Counted from the stretch's first letter, positions 11,414 to 24,185 are shown. The stretch is DNA of 64,000 bases from Octopus bimaculoides (GCF_001194135.2 NC_068981.1:37773208-37837207); one strand, 5' to 3'. Program-made: numbers and translations. The notes: generated from the sequence alone by a model not told the origin.

Positions 11414-12650
11414 CAGATATGCAGGAAGTAAATAGACACCTTTAATTTTCAAAATTTCTAATCTAAGTGTCTTAATATGTTTTCAGTGGTGTAGAATTTA
11501 CAATGTAATTATTCTTTTTCATTCCCGGTGCCATTATATCAAACATTTGCGAAGAGTAACCATGCCACACACAAAAAATTTGGCAGAACTGTCAGATTTT
11601 CAAACAGGTCGTATTGTTGGGCAATCTGAGACTGGACTTAGCCAGTGAAAAATTGCCGAAAATCTTCAAATTCCTCTTGCTGCTGTTAATAGAATTATAG
11701 TGCAGTTCAAAGGCCAAGGAAAAGAATCAACAGATTCTCGTCCTGGCAAACCTGGGCCCTCGGAAAGGAAGCTTCACTGTTTGAAGAGAATTGTGGAAAA
11801 CAAACCCCATTCAAAGGCTTCTGACATTGCAAGAAGTTAGTCCAAGAATGTGTGTTACATATCTGCATAAGCTTGGGTATTATGGACGAGCAGCTAGAAG
11901 GAAACCTCTCCTTCAACCAATTAATATCTTGAAAAGAAAGAAATGGGCTAAGAAGATGCCAGAAAAGTCCAGTTTATTTTGGGATAGTGATTTTTCTCAG
12001 ATGAATCCAGATTTGAATTATTTTCAGACAGTGGACGTGTTTGGGTCTGGAGGCTTCCCAATCAAGAATTTGATTTGGAATGACTCCAACCAACTGTGAA
12101 GCATGGCGGTATCTCTGTAATGGTATGGGGAGCTGTCACCAGCAATGGTCATTCTGAGCTGATCAAATGTGTTGAGACCATAAACTCTGAAAAATACATC
12201 GAAATACTTAAGCAAGGACTACTTCCAATGTATTCACATGATAACATAATGAAAAATTAGTTTTTATTCAGTGAAAAGGAATCAACAATGGGTGACTGAA
12301 AATAGGATCAAAAAGCTTCTTTGGCTGAGCCAATCTCCTGACATGAACCCAATTGAAAATCTTTGGAGCATACTAGATAGAGCTATAAGAAAATCTCGAC
12401 AGAACCTAAATCTAAAGATGAATTGTTTCGATTGTTGCGTGAAAAGTGGGGAGAAATTCCACATAAGACAATCACAAATCTCATCAGTTCAATGCCAAAT
12501 AGAGTTTCTAAATTAAAAACTGGAAAGGAAATGTCAACTAAATACTAAAGTATGTAGTCCTACCTATTGATTACATTTCAACTGTTCACTTTGCGTATTA
12601 AATAAAAGGTTTTGAAAATTAAAGGTGTCTATTTACTTCCTGCATATCTG
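11414..12650 (+). mobile_element. Full-length Tc1/mariner DNA transposon (1237 bp)
   Basis: Perfect 41-bp TIRs CAGATATGCAGGAAGTAAATAGACACCTTTAATTTTCAAAA at 11414-11454 and 12610-12650, flanked by TA on both sides, with an internal transposase pseudogene. Confidence 0.95.
11562..12548 (+). pseudogene. Tc1-family DDE transposase pseudogene
   Basis: Motifs: MPHTKNLAELSDFQTGRIVG (HTH), ARRKPLL, FSDESRF, QPTVKHGG.SVMVWG, SPDMNPIENLW, SMPNRV...STKY*. Stops at 11646, 12081 and 12258, plus frameshifts. The expected QDNAP.H (second Asp) segment is missing near 12270. Confidence 0.93.
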
Positions 12651-12806
12651 TATATGTGTATATCTATATATATATATAACAGGTTGAAAAGGAATACATG
12701 AGTTGATATGTATAAGGAAAAAAGTCAAGGGAGAAAATGCCAAAATAATTTTATCGTAAAAACATTTTAGGGAGTGAGCATTCTCTACCTTGACTATTTT
12801 TCCTTT

Positions 12807-12883
<77 letters not shown>

Positions 12884-13449
12884 NNNNNNNNNNNNNNNNN
12901 NNNNNNNNNNNNNNNNNNNNNNNNNNNNNNNNNNNNNNNNNNNNNNNNNNNNNNNNNNNNNNNNNNNNNNNNNNNNNNNNNNNNNNNNNNNNNNNNNNNN
13001 NNNNNNNNNNNNNNNNNNNNNNNNNNNNNNNNNNNNNNNNNNNNNNNNNNNNNNNNNNNNNNNNNNNNNNNNNNNNNNNNNNNNNNNNNNNNNNNNNNNN
13101 NNNNNNNNNNNNNNNNNNNNNNNNNNNNNNNNNNNNNNNNNNNNNNNNNNNNNNNNNNNNNNNNNNNNNNNNNNNNNNNNNNNNNNNNNNNNNNNNNNNN
13201 NNNNNNATTCTCTATACTCATCAGTCAGTTTTGGCTAATTCCAACTCGGTTTTTTTCTGGACTTGCTTCTCTGTCAGTACATATGCATTCACCATAAAAA
13301 TCTATGGATGATTTAGTGAATCGCTGATGTGTTTACAATAATTTAATATAGACAGCTGTGCAATGTTTTATTAAAAAGCAAAACTATACATATATATATA
13401 CTGTTGTGTCTGGAGAGGGTCATTCTCTTTTGGTGTCTTATAATATATT

Positions 13450-13506
<57 letters not shown>

Positions 13507-14149
13507 TGTGTGTGGTACATGTGCCAGCACAATAAACATGAGGGATGTACAGAAAGAGATGACAAGGAAGTGAGACTTCTGGCTATTTGCTATGCTTGAG
13601 AAGACATCAAAATAAGTAAAATCACAACCATTCATACATAGATGAATTTCTTTTATGGCCATACCCACTTCCCCTCACGCATACACAAAATTCTGTCCTC
13701 TAACAAAACTCTCCCACAACCCATCTCCCCATAACCCCCATAAACCCTTCCAATCCCTTCCATTCTCCCTCACGGGCCTATACACACTCTTCATACCTCT
13801 ACATATGCACCATGCTTACCTCCTAGTATCTTCTGTTCTCCTCACCATCATTTGGTATCCCTAATTACCTCCCCTCACACTCTTATGGAATATCCCCTCT
13901 ATTACCTCTGAAGTCCTCATACACCATCCCACTGGGTAGGCCCTCTCTTTCTCATTCTGACTAATCCTTATCATTCTCTCTCACTCCCTCACTCTCTTCT
14001 ACCTCTTGCCCATCTTCGTCCTACTGGGTCAGCCAAGTATCTCCTCTGTAGTAAGACGTTCCTCTCCTTCTATCATACACCAACCTTTTGCTTGGTACAT
14101 GGCCACTTCTCTCTGTTCCTTCCTCTCTCTCAGCTGAGAGTTTCTTGTC

Positions 14150-14384
14150 TTTTAAGCTACTTGATGACCCCACAAGTGCTGGTGCTGCATAAAACGCACT
14201 CTGTATGTTCTGTTAAGTGGTTGACACTACGAAGGGCATCCTGCCATAGAAACAATGCCAAAATAAATGACTGGAGCCTGATACAGCCTTCTGGCTTGCC
14301 AACTGCTGTCAAACTGTCCAACTCATGCAAGTATGGAAAACAGCTGTTAAACGATGATGATGATGATAATGATGATAATGATGA

Positions 14385-14385
<1 letters not shown>
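14150..14385 (+). mobile_element. (GAT)n-tailed retroposon 3' end (family D)
   Basis: Same conserved 3' sequence and (GAT)n tail. It is preceded by a pyrimidine-rich tract (about 13650-14150) that may be more 3' UTR. Confidence 0.7.
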
Positions 14386-14464
<79 letters not shown>

Positions 14465-16125
14465 GTACATACATACATATACATGTATATATGTGTGCAG
14501 AGTATGAATTGCTTCATTATATACATTGCAATGATAAGAAAGATTCTAACTCAAAATATCTCAATATTTTCACACTTTCTCTTATTGTAACTACTTCCTA
14601 TTTTACCTGCAGCTCATCATCATTTTCTTCCTTGCAACATGAGAGTAACTCTTCATTACTTCATACAAAAGAAATTTCTTTTGGAAATCTGTTTCTGGCC
14701 TTCAAATCAAATGTAATTTGATTTTGAACAATAAGTTTATTTCAAAGATGTCTCACATCTCAACATACCAGAATCACTGAAATCAATTACTGAGAGTCAC
14801 ATTCAAGTGTAGCATAGGTGTGTCTTTTGTAGGTTGGGGATGGATTTAAATTCATCTTAATGAGCTGCGAAGTAATTTATGTTTTCAATTTTTGCTGTAT
14901 CATGGAAATCTTGAAATGTACGTAAAATAAGGAAAAAAAAATCTGCTAATTAGGAGATACAATTGGTATTTTATATTGCCTCATTTTGAATTAGATTTTC
15001 TTTTATCAATGCATTCTAATGATCTATTACCAACATTTATGTTTTCAGCAACGATTCTCATCTGATAGCGCTAAGTAAAAATACTAATGTAAAAGAAATA
15101 GAATAAAATATAACGTACAAGGAGATATTTTTCTGTGGAGTTTAGTTAATGTAGTAACACGAATTCGTTAAAGAATTTTTTTTTTCTATATAGAAATCTT
15201 TTCCTATATAAACATTACTTAAAAAAAAACTGTTTCTCATGTCGGGAAACATTCAACCAAATGTAAAATGAATATGTGTGTGTGTAACATATCATATATA
15301 GTATTCAATGGAATATGATTGAACTATCTTGAAGCAACCAACTTAGAGAACTTTCATATATTCTGCTACACCTGCTAATATAATTATCAATTCTTTCTTC
15401 AAGAAAACCTCTACTTTAAGTGCTGTCATGAATTTTATTACATTTATACACTAAGACAATCCAAAAGTGAACAATTTGCTTACTTTTCTAATGACTATTA
15501 TCTTGCTATAAAGAGAGAGCTGGTACTGTTGCTTTGTGTGGTGCTCACTCACACTTCTAAGTTTATATTCAAAATTCAATAAGTTCCATTCAAGATTTAT
15601 TTTTGACTTAAATGATTATGCCCCCCCCCCCCACACACACACACATATATGGAACGAACAGACTGGAACGAACACAACACAATGAAGTAGAGAAATTTGA
15701 AAAGACAACACGAAACCGGTTATTTCTCAAAATACAATGTTTATATACCAAAAAGATTTTCTAACATTTTTCTAACATTTTTCTNNNNNNNNNNNNNNNN
15801 NNNNNNNNNNNNNNNNNNNNNNNNNNNNNNNNNNNNNNNNNNNNNNNNNNNNNNNNNNNNNNNNNNNNNNNNNNNNNNNNNNNNNNNNNNNNNNNNNNNN
15901 NNNNNNNNNNNNNNNNNNNNNNNNNNNNNNNNNNNNNNNNNNNNNNNNNNNNNNNNNNNNNNNNNNNNNNNNNNNNNNNNNNNNNNNNNNNNNNNNNNNN
16001 NNNNNNNNNNNNNNNNNNNNNNNNNNNNNNNNNNNNNNNNNNNNNNNNNATATGTATGTATGTAATAATACAAATGATATATGAGCATATGCATGTATAC
16101 ATACATATATGTACATACTTACATC

Positions 16126-16172
<47 letters not shown>

Positions 16173-16203
16173 ATGTGTATGTATATATATATCTATACAT
16201 ATA

Positions 16204-16615
16204 TCTATAATAATAAATGCCAAAACGAATTTATATGTCAGTGTGAACACTTTGACCCCCTCTCTCACTATTCACTGATACTTCTACTATTCCTCCTGCT
16301 AGGGTGAGAGTAATAGTAGGCATAAAGACAGTGAGGGTGGTAGTAGATTGATGGTTGTGATGGTAATGGGGTAATAGTAATAGTATGAGCTGTAGTTGTG
16401 ACAGGCGGAGGCTTTGGTGATGATGGTGGCGGTAGTGGTAGCTGAAGTGGCCAGGGATGATGGGGATAGTAAGCGATGTGAAAGACAGTGGTGATAGTGG
16501 TGGAGGGGAAGGTGGCGAAATCAAAGGTATTGATGGTGGTGGCGTCAGAAGTCTGAACGGTGTGTGTATGGAAGTTGGAGTAGCGATGTGGTTGTACTGG
16601 TGATAGTGATGGTTG
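16204..16615 (+). mobile_element. Helitron-like 5' fragment, copy 1
   Basis: Begins A^TCTATAATAATAAATGC, a Helitron-like 5' TC end, and aligns over about 350 bp with 37778-38130. No CTRR 3' end was seen. Confidence 0.55.
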
Positions 16616-17105
16616 AAAACAATCAACAGAAAGAGAGGGAGAGAGAAAGAAAGAGGTTAGACAGAAAAAAAATTGTACTGACCCTTGAATGGGAAGACAA
16701 GAAAAAATGTTGTTTATCATTGCAGCTTTGAAATAAGTTCCACATTGACAAATTATATCATTGTTTTGATGAAAATTGTTCAGTGCTTGAAAAATATTGG
16801 TCAAATTTGATAAAATATAATATGTACTCAATGCATGAAGAGACCTCTACCACGTTATTATTTGCAATTTTTACAATTTTACAATTTTACAGTATTGAAA
16901 TAAACTATTACTTTCATGTGTTATGCAATCATCAGGTTTATGTAGTGACAGCCATCTTCCATATTTGAAAACTGTAGTGAAATGGTCAGATTTATCCTTT
17001 AAATACCCTCTGATGGGCTCCTGCAGGCTGAATCTTATGAACTGTATTTTGACCAATCAGTATGTGTACTAGATGTCACAGTTTGATGGGCATGTCAAAG
17101 ATTCT

Positions 17106-17155
17106 TTGCTTTGACTATACCTAAAGGATTGTTCCTTTAGGTATAGTCAAAGCAA
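17106..17155. repeat. Perfect 23-bp inverted repeat with a 4-nt loop
   Basis: TTGCTTTGACTATACCTAAAGGA-ttgt-TCCTTTAGGTATAGTCAAAGCAA. Confidence 0.95.
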
Positions 17156-19459
17156 TATTTGGCTATATTTTGGAATGTTGTAAACAACATTCTTGCCTTC
17201 ATTGAATTCTTTTGTTACTCCAAAAATTTTTATTTTTCAATCTAGTCCATGTTCATTTGGTCAACACTACTACTATTTTCTACTATTGTTGTTAGTGATG
17301 GTGGTAGCAGTAGAAATAGCAGTAGTATTTATTATTATTATTATTATTATTACCATCATCATTATAGTTATCACCATTACTATAACTGTCCATTTAGAAC
17401 AGGTTGGAATTTATCAATAAAATTCATTTCTCTAATTTTTCTCTCAATTTCACTTGAGTTGTGTAGTTTGTAAAATGGGAATATTATAAACTGCAGGCAC
17501 ATCTGTAGACACAGCTGTACCCCTCCATGTAGAAGTACACACACGCCCACCCATACAAGTGTACTTGTATACAAACATGTAGGCTATTTTGTCAATTAGA
17601 CAAGCAGCACCTCCTTATATTATGAGACACATGTACACAACTCAAACCTGTGATACTACCACGTATGATAAGTCAGCATATATGATAGTAAGTCTTCCAT
17701 GTTGATTACAGAAATTGTAACTCTCCAAGAAATGGAGTGATGTATGCACCAGTAATACAAAGAACCGACTTTGTTATACACAGTGCCATGCCAAATCTGA
17801 CTGAGGGTTATGTTAAGCATATAAAATGTCTGTAGTATACTTAGTAGTTAATGCTGTCATACAATAAGTAGGTTATTCTGTTGATTGAACAAAGGTAATA
17901 ATTATGGGGCCTGCTTGTGTGCGTGCACGCGGGTGTGTGTGTGTGTGTGTGTGCGTGTGTGTGTATGTGTACGCGCACGTGTGTGTGTATGCATACGCAC
18001 ACGTGTGTGTGTGTGTAAGTATATACTCAGAGCTAACATTTAAGTTTTGGCTATATTTTCATGTTTTGAGTTTTATGAATTGTTGAAGAGACAAGTTGTA
18101 GTTTGTCATTTTCTACTCGATAAGATTCTAAACTTTTGATCAATTTTTGATACATGAAGTATTATCACTTGGAGCAAAATATTTTCTTGTCTTTTGTGGT
18201 GCTAAACCTCACAGCTGGAAATCTTGGAACCTGAGAATATTTGTTCCTTATTTTCTAGAATAGTTAAATGTACTTTTATTGCTTCTTCAATCTGATCTGA
18301 TTTTGGTGCAAAATAATATTGATTACATACTTAAGTCTTAAGGGCACAAATTTATAAAGTAGAATCATATTGTGCTTTGTGAAAGTTCTTTCCAGAGAGC
18401 AGCAGTGTGGCATAAATGGAATAAATTATCTCCAACTAAGAATAAAAAACATCTTGAAGGTTAAACACTATGGGAGTTTATCACTAACATTAAAGTTCTC
18501 ACTATAGTAAGCTATACTAACAACCATTTGATATCTTTTGCCAATGCATAGAGATGGAAAATTAGCAGTTCAGTATCCACACCAACAAGTTTCTTAGTAT
18601 GTTGTTTGAATCAGTCAAACATTTGTAAAATTTATAACATTTTAGTTGGTGTTATTATTATTTAACCCCAGATCAACCCAATCAAACAGACTTTTGATCA
18701 AAGGGGTTCTAGCTATATCAGAATTATCCAATGTATCCTTCCTCTTTTAAGATAATGTGATGTGACTTAAGGAAGGTTTAGTTACCAGATGTAACAGGTT
18801 ATTTCATCTGTATTCATATTGATGTTAGTGTGCTCTGGACTACATTAAACAATGTGCTCTTTTGTTTTGGTGACAGGACATGTTTTAAGAGAGATTTGAT
18901 AGCTATTTCAAGCTTGTCAGCTGATCAAATAGAAACACTCTCATTAACTTTTTGTATTCATGTATTCCTGGTTGGTGATCCTAAAATTAAGCTTTCTATA
19001 TTTATTTGATGAACATTTGTGTATGAGACTTAATTATATCTTTAATAAAACTTAAGCAACAAATGAGTGAATTCACCTCTATACATTGCAAATACTTATT
19101 GAAGCCAATGGAAGAGCCTCTGATATAGTAAAGCCTGCAAGATATAGCAGCCAGAACTTCTTTTTAAACACCATACCATCTTAAAATATGAAGGCAAATA
19201 TTGATTGATGTTATGGGTCTGTATCTCTTCCTCCATGTCACAGATATCACTTAGTATTTCTTTAATTTCATTCTTTCCTTCTACATATTGTATTTTACCT
19301 GAAAAAATGATTGGATGTTCATGGTTGGAGTCTCTTTGCTCATAGGTCTGCATGGCTAAACAGTTACAGGTATTATTTTACTGACCTTGTAAATGATGAA
19401 AAGCAAAAATTATTGATTATGACAACATTTGGACACAAGATGAAAAGTGACATAACTCT

Positions 19460-20669
19460 TCCTATTAGATTCATAACTTGGACTGTTGGTTTCATGTCTC
19501 TATAGTTATTCCTTCTGAGAATATCTCCTTTCTCCTAGTAGCAGTTGATACTGACACTGATTTACCAATCATTGGGGATGAAAGCAATGCCCCATATTAC
19601 AGAACCTGATTACCCTTATACCTGATTGGCATGAGTCACCAGCATAAGTCCTACTTCACCAGATATTTTCAACATTCCAGTGTCTATCCCTGGTTCACTT
19701 GCTTTCTCTGCCTCCATATCCAGAATAGTTTCTTTCAATCTTGTAGCTGTCAACTCTAATAACTTGCCCCATTGTTGAATCTACACACTGTAGTCATTCT
19801 ATCTTCTGCACATTCTCTTCATTCAGGAATCTCTCATAGTAGCAGGTCTATGCCTCTTTCTTCTTAGCATCAGTTTAATTCAAGCATACTATTATAATTT
19901 TTTTTGGTTTTTTTGATACAATTCTCTCTAAATACACCCTCAATCCCACCAAGATACTGCTTTGCTATCTGGAATATCTCATTTTCACGAGCTTCTTGTC
20001 ACAGAACATTTAGCAAATCTCTTACTGTTTTACTCCTTGTAAACTTAAGTCTAGCTGTTCTTCTGGTTGATTTGTTCTCTTTAGCCTAATTTTCTTCCTT
20101 GTTCTCAGAATCATTCTTCCATTCTTTTCAGGTCTGTCACTTAGTTTTTATCACTTTGTCTTCTGTCTCATTCCACCACCAAGTTACCTACTGATTTGAT
20201 CTATAGTTCACAACAGAATATCTCAAAGCAACTCTCAATCATAGTCTGTTATGAGTGTCTTCCCATCCTTTTTCATGTCACTTAGTATTTTGAACTTCAA
20301 TTTCCAAATCTATTTTCTCTAGATTGCTTTGTGTCTCTAAGCCTGTCTAGTAGCCATCATGGTATCGTTAAAATTACCAATAATGGTGATTTGATCACTT
20401 TCATTAGCAGTTATCTCGATATTCTATGAGATGTTCGCAAAGAAACTGCCATTTTGCTCATCCTCATTCTGATACCTATGTACATATCCCTGTTGCAGTC
20501 ATGCTGTCTATAACTTGTCAAAGTTTAATTACTCTACTGTCTAATCTAACTGCCTCAATTACTTTGTTTACCAACAGTTTGATTTTTCCACAAATCTCAG
20601 AGATGTTACCCATCTTATATACTCTAGCATCTATGCAATCTCTCCAAAGGTACCCTTTCTTGTGGTAAT
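19460..20669 (-). pseudogene. Degraded RTE-clade LINE ORF2 (AP endonuclease, linker, start of RT)
   Basis: Minus-strand fragments: LLVNKVIEAVRLDSRVIKL, IIGNFND (GDFN-like), WWWNETEDKVIK, YYERFLNEEN, MLKISGEVG, IPNDW, INCY*EKGDILRRNNYR. Many stops and indels. Confidence 0.75.
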
Positions 20670-20681
20670 ATTGATGATAGT

Positions 20682-21066
20682 GGAGGCACAATGGCCCAGT
20701 GGTTAGGGCAGCGGACTCGCGGTTATAGGATCGTGGTTTCGATTTCCAGACCGGGCGTTGTGAGTGTTTATTGAGCGAAAAACACCTAAAGCTCCACAAG
20801 GCTCCAGTAGGGGATGATAGTGAACGCTGCTGTATTCTTTCACCACAACTTTCTCCCACTCTTACTTCCTGTTTCTGTTGTGCCTGTAATTCAAAGGGTC
20901 AGCCTTGTCACACTGTGTCACGCTGAATATCCCCAAGAACTACATTAAGGGTACACGTGTCTGCGGAGTGCTCAGCAACTTGCACGTTAATTTCACAAGC
21001 AGGCTGTTCCATTGATCGGATCGATTTGGAACCCTCAACGTCATAAGCGACGGAGTGCCAACAACA
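20682..21066 (+). mobile_element. Full-length tRNA-derived SINE, family B, with a 12-bp TSD
   Basis: A-box TGGCCCAGTGG, B-box-like GGTTTCGATTTCC, (CAA)n tail. The TSD ATTGATGATAGT occurs at 20670-20681 and 21067-21078. Confidence 0.9.
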
Positions 21067-21346
21067 ATTGATGATAGTCTACGTGAAGTTTTGCTCTTTC
21101 TTTAAGAAGAGACTTCTTTATTGTGACATTGATGGTGCCCCTGAAAGGATGTGAGTTGACAGTGTAATCATTTGATATGAATCAAAGAATAGATACATTT
21201 AATCACACCCATTACTGGTAAGCAGTTGTCCTATATACCCAATTAGGGTTTTCCAATGATTTTGTAATTGTCATATATTGGGCGTGCTTCATATGTATTG
21301 TGTGTGTGCATGTATGCATGCGTGTGTGTTTGTGTTTGTGTGTGCG

Positions 21347-21392
<46 letters not shown>

Positions 21393-22683
21393 TGTGTTTT
21401 AAATCTGTATAAGTGAAGAGGATGGCATATTAAATGCCAAATGCAAATATTTTTTATTTAATATGAAATGTCTTTCAGGTGGAGAAAGGAAGCAAAACCT
21501 AGTAGCAATTTATAAGGGAAGAACATTTTGATTTTTGTTTGTAGGAAAGGGACAATGATAGACATTCTCCAATCTATTTGACCTCATCTACATTGTATAC
21601 TCTACTTAAGTCTACCTGATCACTTGACAAATATTTTTACATACTGTAAAAATGTAACAAATAATTTTTCCCAAAGTAAAAAAAACTTTGAGTTATTATT
21701 ATTTGATCATTATATTTTATAATTTAAAAATATATACATATGGGCAGATATGTTTTTAATGTCTAATGTAGTTAATTTATATATGGCTCAAACTTCTACA
21801 GTCCAAATGATATCATATGGCATTTTATGGATAGCATGACTATACATTTTCGTGTATATGTATACATATTCACCATGGGTTTGTAAATGACATCTTAAAT
21901 AATCAAAGACTTTGAGCCTCAGCTCTTGAAATGCCATAAACAGTTATTAATTTATATATATATATTTTTTTACATTATTTACTTTTTATAAATCACAATT
22001 AATTTTCCTACATTATTTATAAAAGGAACTATGTTTGATATATTTTAAAGTAAATATTCAGATATTTGCAATATAACTGGGTGACAGGGGATGAAAAGAT
22101 CCCAAGTGGTTTTGAGAATATATATCAAATGGAAAAGATAAATATCAGTCTTTCAGCTGGAAAATGTTCATGAATTATTATTGATCATTATTGGAAAAGG
22201 TAAAAAAGATGAACAAGTAAATATGCGATGTGTTTTACAGTCTGTAAATAGGCTTTCATGTCAACCTGCAGAAGTAGCTGGGAGAGTAACAATATACTCA
22301 ATTACACAAACAGCAATCTTACTGGAAAATTAAATAACAATTTTAGAGATTTTCTCAGATGTACTGATATATGTTAACAAACCAAGAATCTATAACAGCT
22401 CTCTGAGCAAAAGAAAACATCTAGGAGACAAATATAAAAACTCATTCAGCTCAGTCTTACATTTTTACATGGATATGTATACGTGTACATAAATTGAAAT
22501 GGATAGCTATATTGACCAACTATTCAAACAAGCGCTCATAGGCTATAACCAATGAATCCACTTCAAAGTTAATAATTCTTCCTTTGCCCTTTTAACCCTA
22601 AACTGGTTGTAACATCAAAAGTACTTTTTGGTATCTATTTTATTTATTAGAATTTTTTTGAAATATCGTAACTATATTTAATA

Positions 22684-24185
22684 CTAGCAGAAATACCCGG
22701 CGTTGCCCGGGTTAAAGAGAATAATGAAATCTAAAAACGCCGTCTAGGCTACGCATCATCTTTATATATAGAGATGTATATACACACACGCACCCAAACA
22801 CACGTATATATATGTATATCAATATAAATATATGAAAGTCAATGAAGTTTCGTAAAAGAAGGTGATCATGTACATACTTTCTTGCTGTTTTGATTATAAC
22901 ACCTCATTGTAAACTATGTTCCTTGTTTTCCCTTGTGGAGCATATACAAATAGGTTTTTTGTTGCTGCCCACTCTTGAGCAGCCAACATACAGTTGTCCA
23001 TGTGAGAAGCAGGGCTCTTCCNNNNNNNNNNNNNNNNNNNNNNNNNNNNNNNNNNNNNNNNNNNNNNNNNNNNNNNNNNNNNNNNNNNNNNNNNNNNNNN
23101 NNNNNNNNNNNNNNNNNNNNNNNNNNNNNNNNNNNNNNNNNNNNNNNNNNNNNNNNNNNNNNNNNNNNNNNNNNNNNNNNNNNNNNNNNNNNNNNNNNNN
23201 NNNNNNNNNNNNNNNNNNNNNNNNNNNNNNNNNNNNNNNNNNNNNNNNNNNNNNNNNNNNNNNNNNNNNNNNNNNNNNNNNNNNNNNNNNNNNNNNNNNN
23301 NNNNNNNNNNNNNNNNNNNNNNNNNNNNNNNNNNNNNNNNNNNNNNNNNNNNNNNNNNNNNNNNNNNNNNNNNNNNNNNNNNNNNNNNNNNNNNNNNNNN
23401 NNNNNNNNNNNNNNNNNNNNNNNNNNNNNNNNNNNNNNNNNNNNNNNNNNNNNNNNNNNNNNNNNNNNNNNNNNNNNNNNNNNNNNNNNNNNNNNNNNNN
23501 NNNNNNNNNNNNNNNNNNNNNNNNNNNNNNNNNNNNNNNNNNNNNNNNNNNNNNNNNNNNNNNNNNNNNNNNNNNNNNNNNNNNNNNNNNNNNNNNNNNN
23601 NNNNNNNNNNNNNNNNNNNNNNNNNNNNNNNNNNNNNNNNNNNNNNNNNNNNNNNNNNNNNNNNNNNNNNNNNNNNNNNNNNNNNNNNNNNNNNNNNNNN
23701 NNNNNNNNNNNNNNNNNNNNNNNNNNNNNNNNNNNNNNNNNNNNNNNNNNNNNNNNNNNNNNNNNNNNNNNNNNNNNNNNNNNNNNNNNNNNNNNNNNNN
23801 NNNNNNNNNNNNNNNNNNNNNNNNNNNNNNNNNNNNNNNNNNNNNNNNNNNNNNNNNNNNNNNNNNACTACAGTATCGAAATGTGATTGTTTCAGTTAGT
23901 GGAATAGTTTCATTTTTAAAGTGAAAGTATTTGACATGAGTGTTTTTGTTTCACTTTTGACACATAATACTTAAATAGTGGAGGAGATATTATGTTGCCG
24001 TGTGCTCGAACTCTGCAAGAAGTTAATAATTTTTTTTGACTAAAACACAACTGGAACCCTAAGTAAGGCATGTGTAAAATTTTAATGAAATTGATTGCGT
24101 AGTTCTCGAGTTTTAGGGATTCACACAGACTGACAGACAGACAGACAGACAGGCAGACACACATTCTCATTTTTATATATATAGA
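22684..24185 (-). mobile_element. Internally deleted (non-autonomous) Helitron
   Basis: 5' end A^TCTATATATATAAAAATGAG at 24185, followed by a (CTGT)n tract. The 3' end has a 6-bp GC-rich hairpin (ACCCGG/CCGGGT, 22695-22712) then CTAG^T. A RepHel helicase C-terminus lies inside. The element spans an 845-N gap. Confidence 0.8.
22894..23021 (-). pseudogene. C-terminal fragment of Helitron RepHel Pif1-like helicase
   Basis: EEPCFSHGQLYVGCSRVGSN / KNLFVYAPQGKTRNIVYNEVL*, with a +1 frameshift in an A6 run. It matches the Pif1 FSHGQLYVA.SRV motif and the terminal T.NIVY.EVL motif, and is cut by the N-gap. Confidence 0.85.

Noticed and set aside
20682-20760. tRNA-like sequences with A/B boxes, also at 33662 and 57113
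   Set aside because: They continue into SINE bodies and tails, and I could not fold a complete cloverleaf, so they are SINE heads rather than tRNA genes.
22890-23924. Long ORFs of 150-344 aa spanning N-runs, also at 12751-13311, 15697-16200 and 36701-37541
   Set aside because: Their length comes from X residues in assembly gaps.
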